Of a stretch of DNA of 14,706 nucleotides, positions 6,703-13,992 are shown in pieces. A program made the translations under genes and the position numbers. The stretch is taken from contig JBIKWC010000004.1 in assembly GCA_044356535.1 (NCBI GenBank), positions 1-14,706 of the forward strand. Direction: 5' to 3'. Numbering within the stretch: the stretch's first letter is position 1; the number at the start of each line of letters is the position of its first letter. The DNA is from Myxococcota bacterium (GTDB taxonomy: Bacteria > Myxococcota_A > UBA796 > GCA-2862545). The notes beneath the pieces are model-generated. The model was not told the origin of the DNA. It searched no databases and saw only the letters and a program-made list of their open reading frames with translations.

Positions 6703-7748
6703 CCCCGGCGCTCGCGGTGCTCGTCTCTGGGTCCGCGTTCGCCGCGCCCGAAGGGGTGACGCTCCCGACGGGCCGGGGGCTCCCCGTCCGGGTGCGGGTG
6801 GGTGTCCAGTACGTCGACGTGGGAAGCGTCGACGAGAACGCGCACACCTTCGACGGAACGGTGGATCTCCGGGCCGTGTGGATCGACGGCCGGGAGGCCT
6901 CGGCGCGCCGCGACGTCCTCGAGCTGCGCGGCGAGGCGCTGGAGGGCGCGCTCGACCAGACCTGGATCCCCGAGCTCGCCGTGGACAACCTCGTGGGCGA
7001 ACCCGCCCGGCTCGAGCGCACGTTGTCGGTCGCGCCCTCCGGCGAGCTCGAGCTCCTCCAGCGCGTCACCGGCACGTTCGCGATCCCCTTCGACCCTGCC
7101 GACTTCCCGTTCGATCGGAACGCGCTCGAGGTCGCGGTCGCCGTGCGCGGCGACGACACCAACCGCGTGGCGCTCGACTTCGTGCAGGCCGACCTCGCCT
7201 TCAGCCACGCCAACCCGGGTGTCGTGGTGCCCGGCTTCGACCATGGCCTCGTGGACCTCCGCCGCGCGCCGATCCGCGGCTGGCACGACGTCCTGCACAG
7301 CCGCGTCGTGGCTGCGCTCGCGGTCCGGCGGGTGGCCAGCACCACCATCCCGGCGGTGTTCCTGCCGCTGTTCGCGTCGTTGCTCATCCCGTTGCTGGCC
7401 ACCTGGCTCAACGACGTGGAGGACGGCTCGTTCAAGGTCGACGCGTTCGAGCTCGCGAACGTCGTCGTCGGCGGGCTGTTCGCGGTGATCGCGCTCAACT
7501 TCGCCATCGCCTCGAGCTACACGGACCTGGCCAGCGGCGACAACACGGTCAACCGCCTGTTCGCGTTGAACTACTCGGCGTTGGGCGTCGCCCTCCTGAT
7601 CGTGATCGTGTTGTACCGCTTCCGGTTCGTCGAGCGGTGGCTCGGCGCGTCGGTGCAGGAGGAGCTGTTCCGCTGGCTCGTGTGGGGGGTGCCCACGATC
7701 GTGTTCGGCGCGGCCGTGGCGGTGGTGAGCGCCGCCTGGGCGGGTTGA
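6699..7748 (+). CDS. prokaryotic pentameric ligand-gated ion channel (pLGIC / Cys-loop receptor family, GLIC/ELIC-like) homologue
   Basis: GTG at 6699 overlaps the upstream TGA (GTGA). Signal peptide (M)TPALAVLVSGSAFAAPEG. The extracellular domain has the family pattern VRVRVGVQYVDVGSVDENAHTFDGTVDLRAVWIDGR, then WIPELAVDNL, and the signature FPFD (IPFDPADFPFDRNALEV) with no Cys pair, as in bacterial members. Four C-terminal TM helices follow. M1 is TTIPAVFLPLFASLLIPLLATWL with the conserved Pro. M2 is ELANVVVGGLFAVIALNFAIASS, close to GLIC M2. M3 is NRLFALNYSALGVALLIVIVLY. M4 is FRWLVWGVPTIVFGAAVAVVSAA. Total length 349 aa. Confidence 0.85.
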   Translation: MTPALAVLVSGSAFAAPEGVTLPTGRGLPVRVRVGVQYVDVGSVDENAHTFDGTVDLRAVWIDGREASARRDVLELRGEALEGALDQTWIPELAVDNLVGEPARLERTLSVAPSGELELLQRVTGTFAIPFDPADFPFDRNALEVAVAVRGDDTNRVALDFVQADLAFSHANPGVVVPGFDHGLVDLRRAPIRGWHDVLHSRVVAALAVRRVASTTIPAVFLPLFASLLIPLLATWLNDVEDGSFKVDAFELANVVVGGLFAVIALNFAIASSYTDLASGDNTVNRLFALNYSALGVALLIVIVLYRFRFVERWLGASVQEELFRWLVWGVPTIVFGAAVAVVSAAWAG

Positions 7749-8687
7749 TCAGCGGAGCGAGCGGGCCAGCCGCACCCGCAGCGTTTCGTCGTCCAGGAGC
7801 TCGGCCATCGCGGCTACCCGGGACTGCGCGTGTTGGTCTCCCGGGCGGATCCGCAGGACCATCAAGAGCGCCATCGCGCGGAGGCGCACGTGGCCTCCGT
7901 CTCCGGCGTGCCGGGCGGCGTCGGCGGCGTGGGCCAGGGCCTCGTCGGCGCGTCCGGACCGCCACGCGGCGTAGGCCAGGCCGTTGCAGCGGCGGGCGCG
8001 GGCGAAGGGGGGCCCGATCTCGGGGAGCGAGCGGTACAGCGCCTCGGCGCCAGCGTGGTCGCCAGAGGCGTTCCGTCGGAACGCGTGGTGATCGACCCAC
8101 CGAGCGCGCAGCACGGAGGCGGTGTCGCGGTCGGCGACGAGGGGCAGCGCGGCCTCCACCTCGTCGAGCAGCGTGAGGTCGCGCTCGCGGGCCTTGGTCG
8201 CCACGAAGTCGTCGGCCAGCCGACGCTCGATGCGGGCCTCGGGTGGGGCGTGGGCTTCGTCGCGGCGGGCCTCGGCGGTGGCGGCGGCCATGGCCCCGGT
8301 GTCGTGTGCGCGCTGCGCCACGGACGCGCGAGCGAGGGCGAGCCAGACCCGGGCCTCGGGAGCGGCCGTGACCGGCGGGTGGTCCCAGGCGCGGATCAGG
8401 TCGGCGCAGACGGACACGGGCAGGTCGGTGAACCGCGAGTGGTACGCGCCCATCCACGCGAGGCGGCGGAGGACCTCTCCAGGGAGCCCGAACCGCCGGA
8501 GCAACCGCTGGCCCCACTGCCCTCCGTCCCGGGTGCCGCGGGCCCGCAAGCGGCGGAGCGCGCGCTCGGTCGAGGCCGGCGTGGTCGGCGCCAGGGTCTC
8601 GGCGAGCGCGGTGAGGGTACCGTGTTCGGAGACGAGGGCGTCGAGGTAGGCGGCCCAGTCGTAGCCGGGCGGGGCAGTGGTGGGCAT
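7749..8687 (-). CDS. hypothetical helical protein (312 aa), possibly a TPR-like or regulatory protein
   Basis: ATG at 8687 (minus); MPTTAPPGYDWAAYLDALVSEHGTLTALAETL... Coding bias is consistent. The C-terminal half is Ala/Arg-rich with helical-repeat character (NGLAYAAWRSGRADEALAHAADAARHAGD). The stop at 7751-7749 abuts the convergent pLGIC stop (TGATCA). No confident domain assignment. Confidence 0.65.
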   Translation of the reverse strand: MPTTAPPGYDWAAYLDALVSEHGTLTALAETLAPTTPASTERALRRLRARGTRDGGQWGQRLLRRFGLPGEVLRRLAWMGAYHSRFTDLPVSVCADLIRAWDHPPVTAAPEARVWLALARASVAQRAHDTGAMAAATAEARRDEAHAPPEARIERRLADDFVATKARERDLTLLDEVEAALPLVADRDTASVLRARWVDHHAFRRNASGDHAGAEALYRSLPEIGPPFARARRCNGLAYAAWRSGRADEALAHAADAARHAGDGGHVRLRAMALLMVLRIRPGDQHAQSRVAAMAELLDDETLRVRLARSLR

Positions 8688-8750
8688 GTCCGGGATCGTG
8701 TCCGGTCCGCGGCGGGGGCCGGGGGCTACCGGGTGGGCAGGAGGTGGAAC

Positions 8751-9776
8751 GTGAACCGGACCATCATCATCGGAGACATCCACGCGTGCCACGCCGAGCT
8801 CGTCGAGCTCCTGGACGCCGTCGGCCTCACCCCCACGGACCGGCTGATCAGCGTCGGGGACGTGGTCGATCGGGGCCCCTCGCCGGGGGAGGTCGTGGAC
8901 CTGCTGCGGTCGCGCCCGAACACAGTCGTGGTGTGCGGGAACCACGAGCGCAAACACGTGCGGGGCCAGCAGACGCCCGGGCTCCTCGGCTTCGGCCAGG
9001 AGATCACCCGGCTGCAGCTGGGGGCGCGCTACGCGGAGGTCGTGGCGTGGATGGCCACACTGCCCTACTCGTTCGAGGACGACGCCGTGCGCGTGGTCCA
9101 CGCGGGCCTGATCCCGGGCACGCCGCTGGGTGACACCCCCGCGGACATCCTGTCGGGCACGACCAGCGGCGAAGCCCGCCTCCGGGAGCAGCTGGGGGGC
9201 GTCTACTGGCCGGAGCTGTACACCGACGACAAGGTGGTGGTGTTCGGGCACCACGTGGTGGGCCCGGAGGCGCTGGTGGTGCGCGACCGGGTGTACGGCC
9301 TGGACACGGGCTGCTGCCACGGCCAGTTCCTGACGGCGCTGATCCTGCCGGAGCGGCGCCTGGTCTCGGTGCGGGCCCACGCGAACCACTGGAAGCAGAC
9401 GCAGCAGCGTTGGCAGCTCCCGGTGCTCGCTTCTCGGCCCTGGGCAGCGTGGACGTTCGACCAGGTGGCGAAGAAGGCAGCAGAGCTGACGGACCGACAC
9501 CCGGCAGCTGCGGACTGGCTGGCTTCGGTGGTGGCGTGGTCGGAGGCAGTGTTGGGCTGGGTCCCCGCGCTGGCGGACGCGATGGACACGCGGTTGGCGG
9601 GGGTCGCGGACGCGCCCCGGGACCTCGTGGGCCACCCGGCGCACCCGACGCTGGTCCGGTACGCCCAGGGCAAGCTGTCGAGGACCCACCTGGGCTGCAC
9701 CTCGCCCGCCGCGGTGTTCGCGCTCGCGGACGCGCTGGGCGTACCCGTGGCGCTCCCGCGGTCGCCTCCGGGGTGA
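8751..9776 (+). CDS. PPP-family metallophosphoesterase (Ser/Thr protein phosphatase / ApaH-like) with a ~120-aa C-terminal extension
   Basis: GTG at 8751, 6 nt after AGGAGG (8739-8744). Canonical motifs are present: IIIGDIHAC (a GDxHG variant), GDVVDRGP (GDxVDRG), and GNHE. Downstream come VVHAGL and GHHV. 341 aa. The C-terminal ~120 aa (WKQTQQRWQLPVL...) lie outside the phosphatase core. Confidence 0.85.
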   Translation: MNRTIIIGDIHACHAELVELLDAVGLTPTDRLISVGDVVDRGPSPGEVVDLLRSRPNTVVVCGNHERKHVRGQQTPGLLGFGQEITRLQLGARYAEVVAWMATLPYSFEDDAVRVVHAGLIPGTPLGDTPADILSGTTSGEARLREQLGGVYWPELYTDDKVVVFGHHVVGPEALVVRDRVYGLDTGCCHGQFLTALILPERRLVSVRAHANHWKQTQQRWQLPVLASRPWAAWTFDQVAKKAAELTDRHPAAADWLASVVAWSEAVLGWVPALADAMDTRLAGVADAPRDLVGHPAHPTLVRYAQGKLSRTHLGCTSPAAVFALADALGVPVALPRSPPG

Positions 9777-9860
9777 GCCATCGGAGGCATCGTCCGCATC
9801 GACGTGTCTTGATTCCGGCGACCCCCGGTCGGGCCCCGAGGTGCGGGGTAAGGTGGGACC

Positions 9861-10190
9861 ATGGATCCGTCGCCGCTGTCCACGTTTCTCGCCCAGCTCG
9901 AGGACCCTGGGGAGTGCTGGCCCCTCTCGGCCGCGATCGCTGCGGCGGCGCCGACGCGGTGGCAGCCCGGCGGACCGTTGCTCGTGGTGGAAGAGCACAC
10001 CGCGTGCAGCGCCCCGCCCGTCCGTGATCCCGGTCTCGCGTTCGGAGCGGTGCCGCCTGCGCCGCTTCTGGCCGACCTCGCGCAACGCGCCGCAGCGCGG
10101 TGGACCACCGGGGAGGGCTGGCTCCGCGTCTCCCACCCGCTGTCGCCGACGGACGCATCGCCGGGAGCGGCCCGGTTCCTGCGTCGTGGC
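9861..10190 (+). CDS. questionable small ORF, or remnant of a frameshifted gene, in the 415-bp gap between convergent genes
   Basis: ATG at 9861 preceded by AAGGTGGG. The first ~110 codons (MDPSPLSTFLAQLEDPGECWPLSAAIAAAAPTRWQPGGPLLVVEEH...) have reasonable GC3 bias. The frame has no stop until 11153 and runs exactly antisense, codon-aligned, to the acyltransferase gene from 10191. The true end is therefore undefined. The end coordinate I give is only the point where antisense overlap begins. Confidence 0.2.
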
Positions 10191-10961
10191 TCAGCGCGCC
10201 AGGTCGTCCAGCGCGGCCTGCATCTGCGCGACGATCCCGTCGTAGAGCCCCTGCAGGATCGCAGGATCGTCGGCTGCCTCCGGCGGGTGACCGAGCGCCA
10301 CCGGCGGCAGGAACCGCGTGGTGCACTTCACGGGCAGGGGCAGGTGGAACATCGGACCCAGCGCCACCCCCCACGGCAGGCCCAGGAACAGCGGCCAGGT
10401 GTCGCTTCGCAGCCACTGATCCGCGCCGATCGCGTGCGCCAGCCGCCGTCCATCCCGGAGCACCACGAACCCGGAGTGGCCGCCGTGGTTCACCATCGGC
10501 ACCACGGGGACCTGGTGCCGCAGCGCCAGCTTCAGCCAGCCCGTCCGGCCCTCGAAGTGGATGCGGTTCCGGTCGCGCCAGGGGCGGAACGCCTCGGCGT
10601 TGCCCCCCGGGAACACGATGACCTTGCGGCCCCGCGCGAAGGCCGTGGCTGCAGCGTCGTGGCCTGCGCGCACCGCGCCCACCCGCGCGAGCAACGAACC
10701 CAGGAGCGGCGCATCGATCACGGCGTCGTGGGTCAGTCCCTGCCAGGGATCCTCCACGCCGCGTTCGCGCAACCAGCGGGCGCCCACGCCGATCGCCTCC
10801 ACGAACGTGACGCCCGAGTTGTGGTTGCCGACGAGCAGCGCGGGACCCGCCGGGATGGTCTCGAGGCCCTGCACCTCGAGCCGGAACCACAGGCGGCACG
10901 CGCGATCCACCCACGGCGCGAGTCGCCGGGCCAACTCCGGGTCGAAGGTGTCGGGTTCCAC
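10191..10961 (-). CDS. LPLAT-superfamily (PlsC-like) lysophospholipid/glycerol-phosphate acyltransferase
   Basis: Minus-strand frame ends TGA at 10193-10191 (...AILQGLYDGIVAQMQAALDDLAR*). The acyltransferase blocks PALLVGNHNSGV (motif I region) and RKVIVFPGGNAEAF (FPEG-type motif III) are present. The start is uncertain: GTG at 10961 gives 256 aa, and an alternative GTG at 10991 would overlap the divergent esterase's ribosome-binding site. Confidence 0.7.
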   Translation of the reverse strand: MEPDTFDPELARRLAPWVDRACRLWFRLEVQGLETIPAGPALLVGNHNSGVTFVEAIGVGARWLRERGVEDPWQGLTHDAVIDAPLLGSLLARVGAVRAGHDAAATAFARGRKVIVFPGGNAEAFRPWRDRNRIHFEGRTGWLKLALRHQVPVVPMVNHGGHSGFVVLRDGRRLAHAIGADQWLRSDTWPLFLGLPWGVALGPMFHLPLPVKCTTRFLPPVALGHPPEAADDPAILQGLYDGIVAQMQAALDDLAR

Positions 10962-10992
10962 CTGGCTCGGGTATCCTGCGCCGGAGGCCACG

Positions 10993-11850
10993 ATGTTGCT
11001 TTCGTTGCTCTCGCTCGGATGCCGCTCGGAAGAACCCGACCCGGACAGCCCGGACGCGCCCGACGAGACCGCCCACTCCGGGGGCACCGGGTCCGGGGGC
11101 CACGTCCCCGCCGACCCGTCCCCCGGCTGCGCGAGCGGGGCTGGCCTGGCTGACGGAGACCACCAGCTCCTCGTCGACGGCCTCCAGCGGGAGTACGCGT
11201 CGCGGGTCCCGGCCCTGGCGGGTCCGTTGCCGCTCGTCGTGGACCTCCACGGCACCGGGGGCACCCGTCGCCTGCAGCAGCGCCTGTCCGGGCTCGACGA
11301 CCTGGCAGAGGCCGAAGGGTTCGCCATCGTGTGGCCGGAGAGCCTCGAGCTCGGGCCCGTGAAGGCCTTCGACATCAGCTGCGACAACGCCGACGTGGAC
11401 TTCGTGGTGCAGCTCGTCGAAGCCGTCGGCCGGGACGTGTGCATCGATCGGGCCCGCACGTTCGTGACGGGGCTCTCGAACGGCGGGTACTTCTCGAACG
11501 TCCTGCTGGCCACCCACCCGGAGGTCTTCGCAGCCGGTGGGCCGGTCTCGAGCGGCCTGGGCGTGGTCCCCAGCCAGTGCCCCACGACCACCCCCCGGCC
11601 GGCCACCTTCGTCCACGGCGACGCCGACGAGTTCGTCGACCCCTCCGAGTCCGAGGAGGCGATGACCTGGTGGTCGGCGGTGAACGGTTGCACTGGGACA
11701 GACACCGACGCCGAAGGCTGTTCGGTCGGCACGGGGTGCGTGGCCCCCACCCGCCTGTGTCTCGGACCCGGCGCCACCCACATCGACATCTACGCGCGGT
11801 ACGACACCACTGCGCGCCTCACCGAGCTGTTTCGCGCCGCCGTGCCCTGA
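10993..11850 (+). CDS. lipoprotein esterase of the PHB-depolymerase / LpqC-like alpha/beta-hydrolase family
   Basis: ATG at 10993 with GGAGG 5 nt upstream. N-terminus MLLSLLSLGC is a signal peptide plus lipobox. Family motifs: PLVVDLHGTGG, GFAIVWPE, and a nucleophile elbow GLSNGG (G-x-S-x-G) in ...RARTFVTGLSNGGYFSNVLLATHPEVFAAGGPVSS. 285 aa. TGA at 11848-11850. Confidence 0.85.
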   Translation: MLLSLLSLGCRSEEPDPDSPDAPDETAHSGGTGSGGHVPADPSPGCASGAGLADGDHQLLVDGLQREYASRVPALAGPLPLVVDLHGTGGTRRLQQRLSGLDDLAEAEGFAIVWPESLELGPVKAFDISCDNADVDFVVQLVEAVGRDVCIDRARTFVTGLSNGGYFSNVLLATHPEVFAAGGPVSSGLGVVPSQCPTTTPRPATFVHGDADEFVDPSESEEAMTWWSAVNGCTGTDTDAEGCSVGTGCVAPTRLCLGPGATHIDIYARYDTTARLTELFRAAVP

Positions 11851-11867
11851 CGAGGTAGGCTCGCCCC

Positions 11868-13148
11868 ATGGCCAAGAGCGCAGCCGTGGAAGTCGAGGCC
11901 GCCGGGCGGCTGGTGCGGGTGTCCAACCCCGACAAACCCTGGTTCCCGGAGGCCGGGATCACCAAGCTCGAGGTGGTCCGCTACTACCTCGCGGTGGCGG
12001 ACGGCGCGCTGCGTGGGGTGTGGGGTCGGCCCATGCAGCTCGAGCGGTACGTCGACGGCGTCACCGAGCCGCCCTTCTACCAGAAGCGCGCGCCCGACAA
12101 GGGCCGCCCGGAGTGGATCGAGACCGTCACGCTGCGGTTCCCGTCGATGCGCACGGCCGAGGAGGTCGTCGTCCGCGACGCCGCCCAGCTCGTGTGGATC
12201 GTGAACCTCGCGTGCCTGTCGCTGCACCCACACCCCGTGCGCACCACCGACCTCGATCATCCCGACGAGCTGCGGATCGACCTCGATCCCGTCCCGGGCG
12301 TGCCGTTCTCCGAGGTGCTGGAGGTGGCCCGGGAGACCCGCGCGCTGCTGACCGAGCTCGGGCTCACCTCCTGGCCCAAGACCTCGGGGTCGCGCGGTGT
12401 GCACCTGCTGGTCCGGCTCCAGCCGCGGTGGACGTTCCCCGAGGTCCGTCGGGCCGCCCTCGCCATCGCGCGGGAGGTCGAGCGCCGGATGCCCGGGAGG
12501 GCCACGTCGAAGTGGTGGAAGGAGGAGCGCCAGGGCGTGTTCCTCGACTACAACCAGAACGCGAAGGACCGCACCACCGCCAGCGCGTACTCCGTCCGGG
12601 CGCGCCCCGACGGTCGGGTGTCGATGCCGTTCCGCTGGGACGAGCTCGACGGCCTCGACCCCGCCGCCTTCACCGTGCGCACGGTCCCGGGGCTGTTCCT
12701 CGCGAACGGAGACGCCCACGAGGGCATCGACGACGTGGCGCACGAGCTCGGCCCCGTCCTGGCGCTCGCCGACCAGCAGGGCGAGGCGGACGCGCCGTGG
12801 CCGCCGCACTTCCCGAAGGGGGAAGGCGAGCCCGCACCGGTGGCGCCGAGCCGCCAGCGGACAGAGCCGGGTACCGGCCGCCGCAAGCCGACGAAGCCCT
12901 TGCGCACCGTGGCCGAGTCGGAGTCCCTCGACGACGCCACGGCGGGGCTCGAGCGCTGGAAGGCCCGCCACGCCGAGGTCGTACCGCACCTGTTGCCCGC
13001 CGACGTGCTCGTCGACAAGATGCGGGGCCGGTACAGGCCGTGGTTCCGGATCCGCGTGAACCTCGAGCACGTGCCCCTCGCGCTCCACCCGCCGGTCGAG
13101 CCCCCAGACCCCGACGCCGCCCCCAAGGCTGCGTGGGGACCGGGGTGA
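11868..13148 (+). CDS. ligD: stand-alone LigD polymerase/primase domain protein (NHEJ PolDom, archaeo-eukaryotic primase fold)
   Basis: ATG at 11868 (GAGGTAGG upstream). N-terminus RLVRVSNPDKPWFPEAGITKLEVVRYY and the catalytic block SWPKTSGSRGVHLLV (KTSG.RG.H) are hallmarks of the LigD Pol domain. 426 aa with a Pro/Arg-rich C-terminal tail. There is no ligase or nuclease domain in this ORF. TGA at 13146-13148. Confidence 0.88.
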   Translation: MAKSAAVEVEAAGRLVRVSNPDKPWFPEAGITKLEVVRYYLAVADGALRGVWGRPMQLERYVDGVTEPPFYQKRAPDKGRPEWIETVTLRFPSMRTAEEVVVRDAAQLVWIVNLACLSLHPHPVRTTDLDHPDELRIDLDPVPGVPFSEVLEVARETRALLTELGLTSWPKTSGSRGVHLLVRLQPRWTFPEVRRAALAIAREVERRMPGRATSKWWKEERQGVFLDYNQNAKDRTTASAYSVRARPDGRVSMPFRWDELDGLDPAAFTVRTVPGLFLANGDAHEGIDDVAHELGPVLALADQQGEADAPWPPHFPKGEGEPAPVAPSRQRTEPGTGRRKPTKPLRTVAESESLDDATAGLERWKARHAEVVPHLLPADVLVDKMRGRYRPWFRIRVNLEHVPLALHPPVEPPDPDAAPKAAWGPG

Positions 13149-13594
13149 CGGAGTCCGCCGAGGCGCGCGAGCGCCAGACCGTCGCCAGCCTCTTCGTGCT
13201 GCACGCCGCGCTGCTGATCGGGTTCGACGTGGTGACGGGCTTCGCCTCGCTCCGCACCACCGCCATGACGGCCGCGGTCTCCCAGGACGCCGGGAACGGC
13301 TGGCAGATCGGGGGCCCGGCCCTGGTGGCGCTGCTCCAGTTCGTCGCTGCGGCGGGCGTCCTGGCCTGCGGGGGCTTCGAGGGGTACGCCGGGGCCCGGC
13401 TGCTCCAGGGTCACGTGCTCCCCACCCGCGGCCCAGCCCTCGCGGGTCTCGTGGGCTCCGTCCTCCTGCTGCCCACGTCGGTGGTGGGCTGCAGCGCGTG
13501 CGGGTTCCTGGGCTGGCCCCTCGCGCTGGGGGTGGCGCTGTCGACCGCGTTCGTCGCGTTCCGCGCGCCCGACCCGCGCGCTGGGGATCGCTGA
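13145..13594 (+). CDS. small hydrophobic membrane protein (149 aa), function unknown
   Basis: GTG at 13145 overlaps the ligD-Pol stop (GTGA). There are several hydrophobic stretches (LFVLHAALLIGFDVV; IGGPALVALLQFVAAAGVLACGGF; LAGLVGSVLLLPTSVVGCSACGFLGWPLALGVALSTAFVAF). GC3 bias is good. The start could instead be the internal ATG (MTAAVSQ...). Confidence 0.55.
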   Translation: MTESAEARERQTVASLFVLHAALLIGFDVVTGFASLRTTAMTAAVSQDAGNGWQIGGPALVALLQFVAAAGVLACGGFEGYAGARLLQGHVLPTRGPALAGLVGSVLLLPTSVVGCSACGFLGWPLALGVALSTAFVAFRAPDPRAGDR

Positions 13595-13686
13595 CGGCGA
13601 ACGTCCGCGGGCGTCCGCGCGGAGGCGCCAGCCGACGGCACGGGCCCTGCGGTGGGAGGCACGGTCCCCGGACCGGAGGAGCGCCC

Positions 13687-13980
13687 ATGCCCACCGAACC
13701 TCGACCCACGCCGCCCGCAGCCGGACTCGCCCGGTGGGAGGAGGACGGAGGAACCCCGGCCCTTCCGCTGGCGTTCGTGCCCCCGTCACCCGATGAGGAG
13801 CGGTCGCTGCTGCTCCTCGGCGCCGCGGTGGTGCAGCAGTGGAACCTGTTGGCCATGCCGGTCCGCCGCCAGCTGTTCGACGCTGCGCTCGCGCGCGCCG
13901 GCGCCCCCGAGCTGGCTGTGGTGCAGCGGCTCCTCGCCCGGTTCCTGCACGTCCACAAGGACGATGCCCCTACCTCCTGA
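13687..13980 (+). CDS. small hypothetical protein (97 aa)
   Basis: ATG at 13687, 6 nt after GGAGGA (13675-13680). MPTEPRPTPPAAGLARWEEDGGTPALPLAFVPPSPDEERSLLLLGAAVVQQWNLLAMPVRRQLFDAALARAGAPELAVVQRLLARFLHVHKDDAPTS*. Codon bias is consistent. No known motif. Confidence 0.5.
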   Translation: MPTEPRPTPPAAGLARWEEDGGTPALPLAFVPPSPDEERSLLLLGAAVVQQWNLLAMPVRRQLFDAALARAGAPELAVVQRLLARFLHVHKDDAPTS

Positions 13981-13992
13981 CCTGGAGTCCGC

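Noticed and set aside
5415-7748. 777-aa ORF suggesting a fused sensor-plus-channel protein
   Set aside because: The region 5415-6698 in that frame is Arg/Gly-rich junk that overlaps the well-supported sensor gene in another frame. The channel begins at GTG 6699 with its own signal peptide.
9777-9860. Possible intrinsic terminator hairpin after the phosphatase gene (cgaccCCCggtcg / ccccgaggtgcgggg)
   Set aside because: The stems are short (4-5 bp) and not followed by a T-tract. In a >70% GC genome such weak hairpins occur by chance, so it is not reportable as a terminator.
9004-11781. 925-aa minus-strand ORF, plus 301-aa (9203..10108 minus) and 532-aa (10191..11789 minus) extended ORFs
   Set aside because: These are antisense or low-complexity translations (Pro/Arg/Ala/Gly-rich). 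Only the 10191..10961 part of the 532-aa frame shows acyltransferase motifs. The rest is antisense to the esterase gene.
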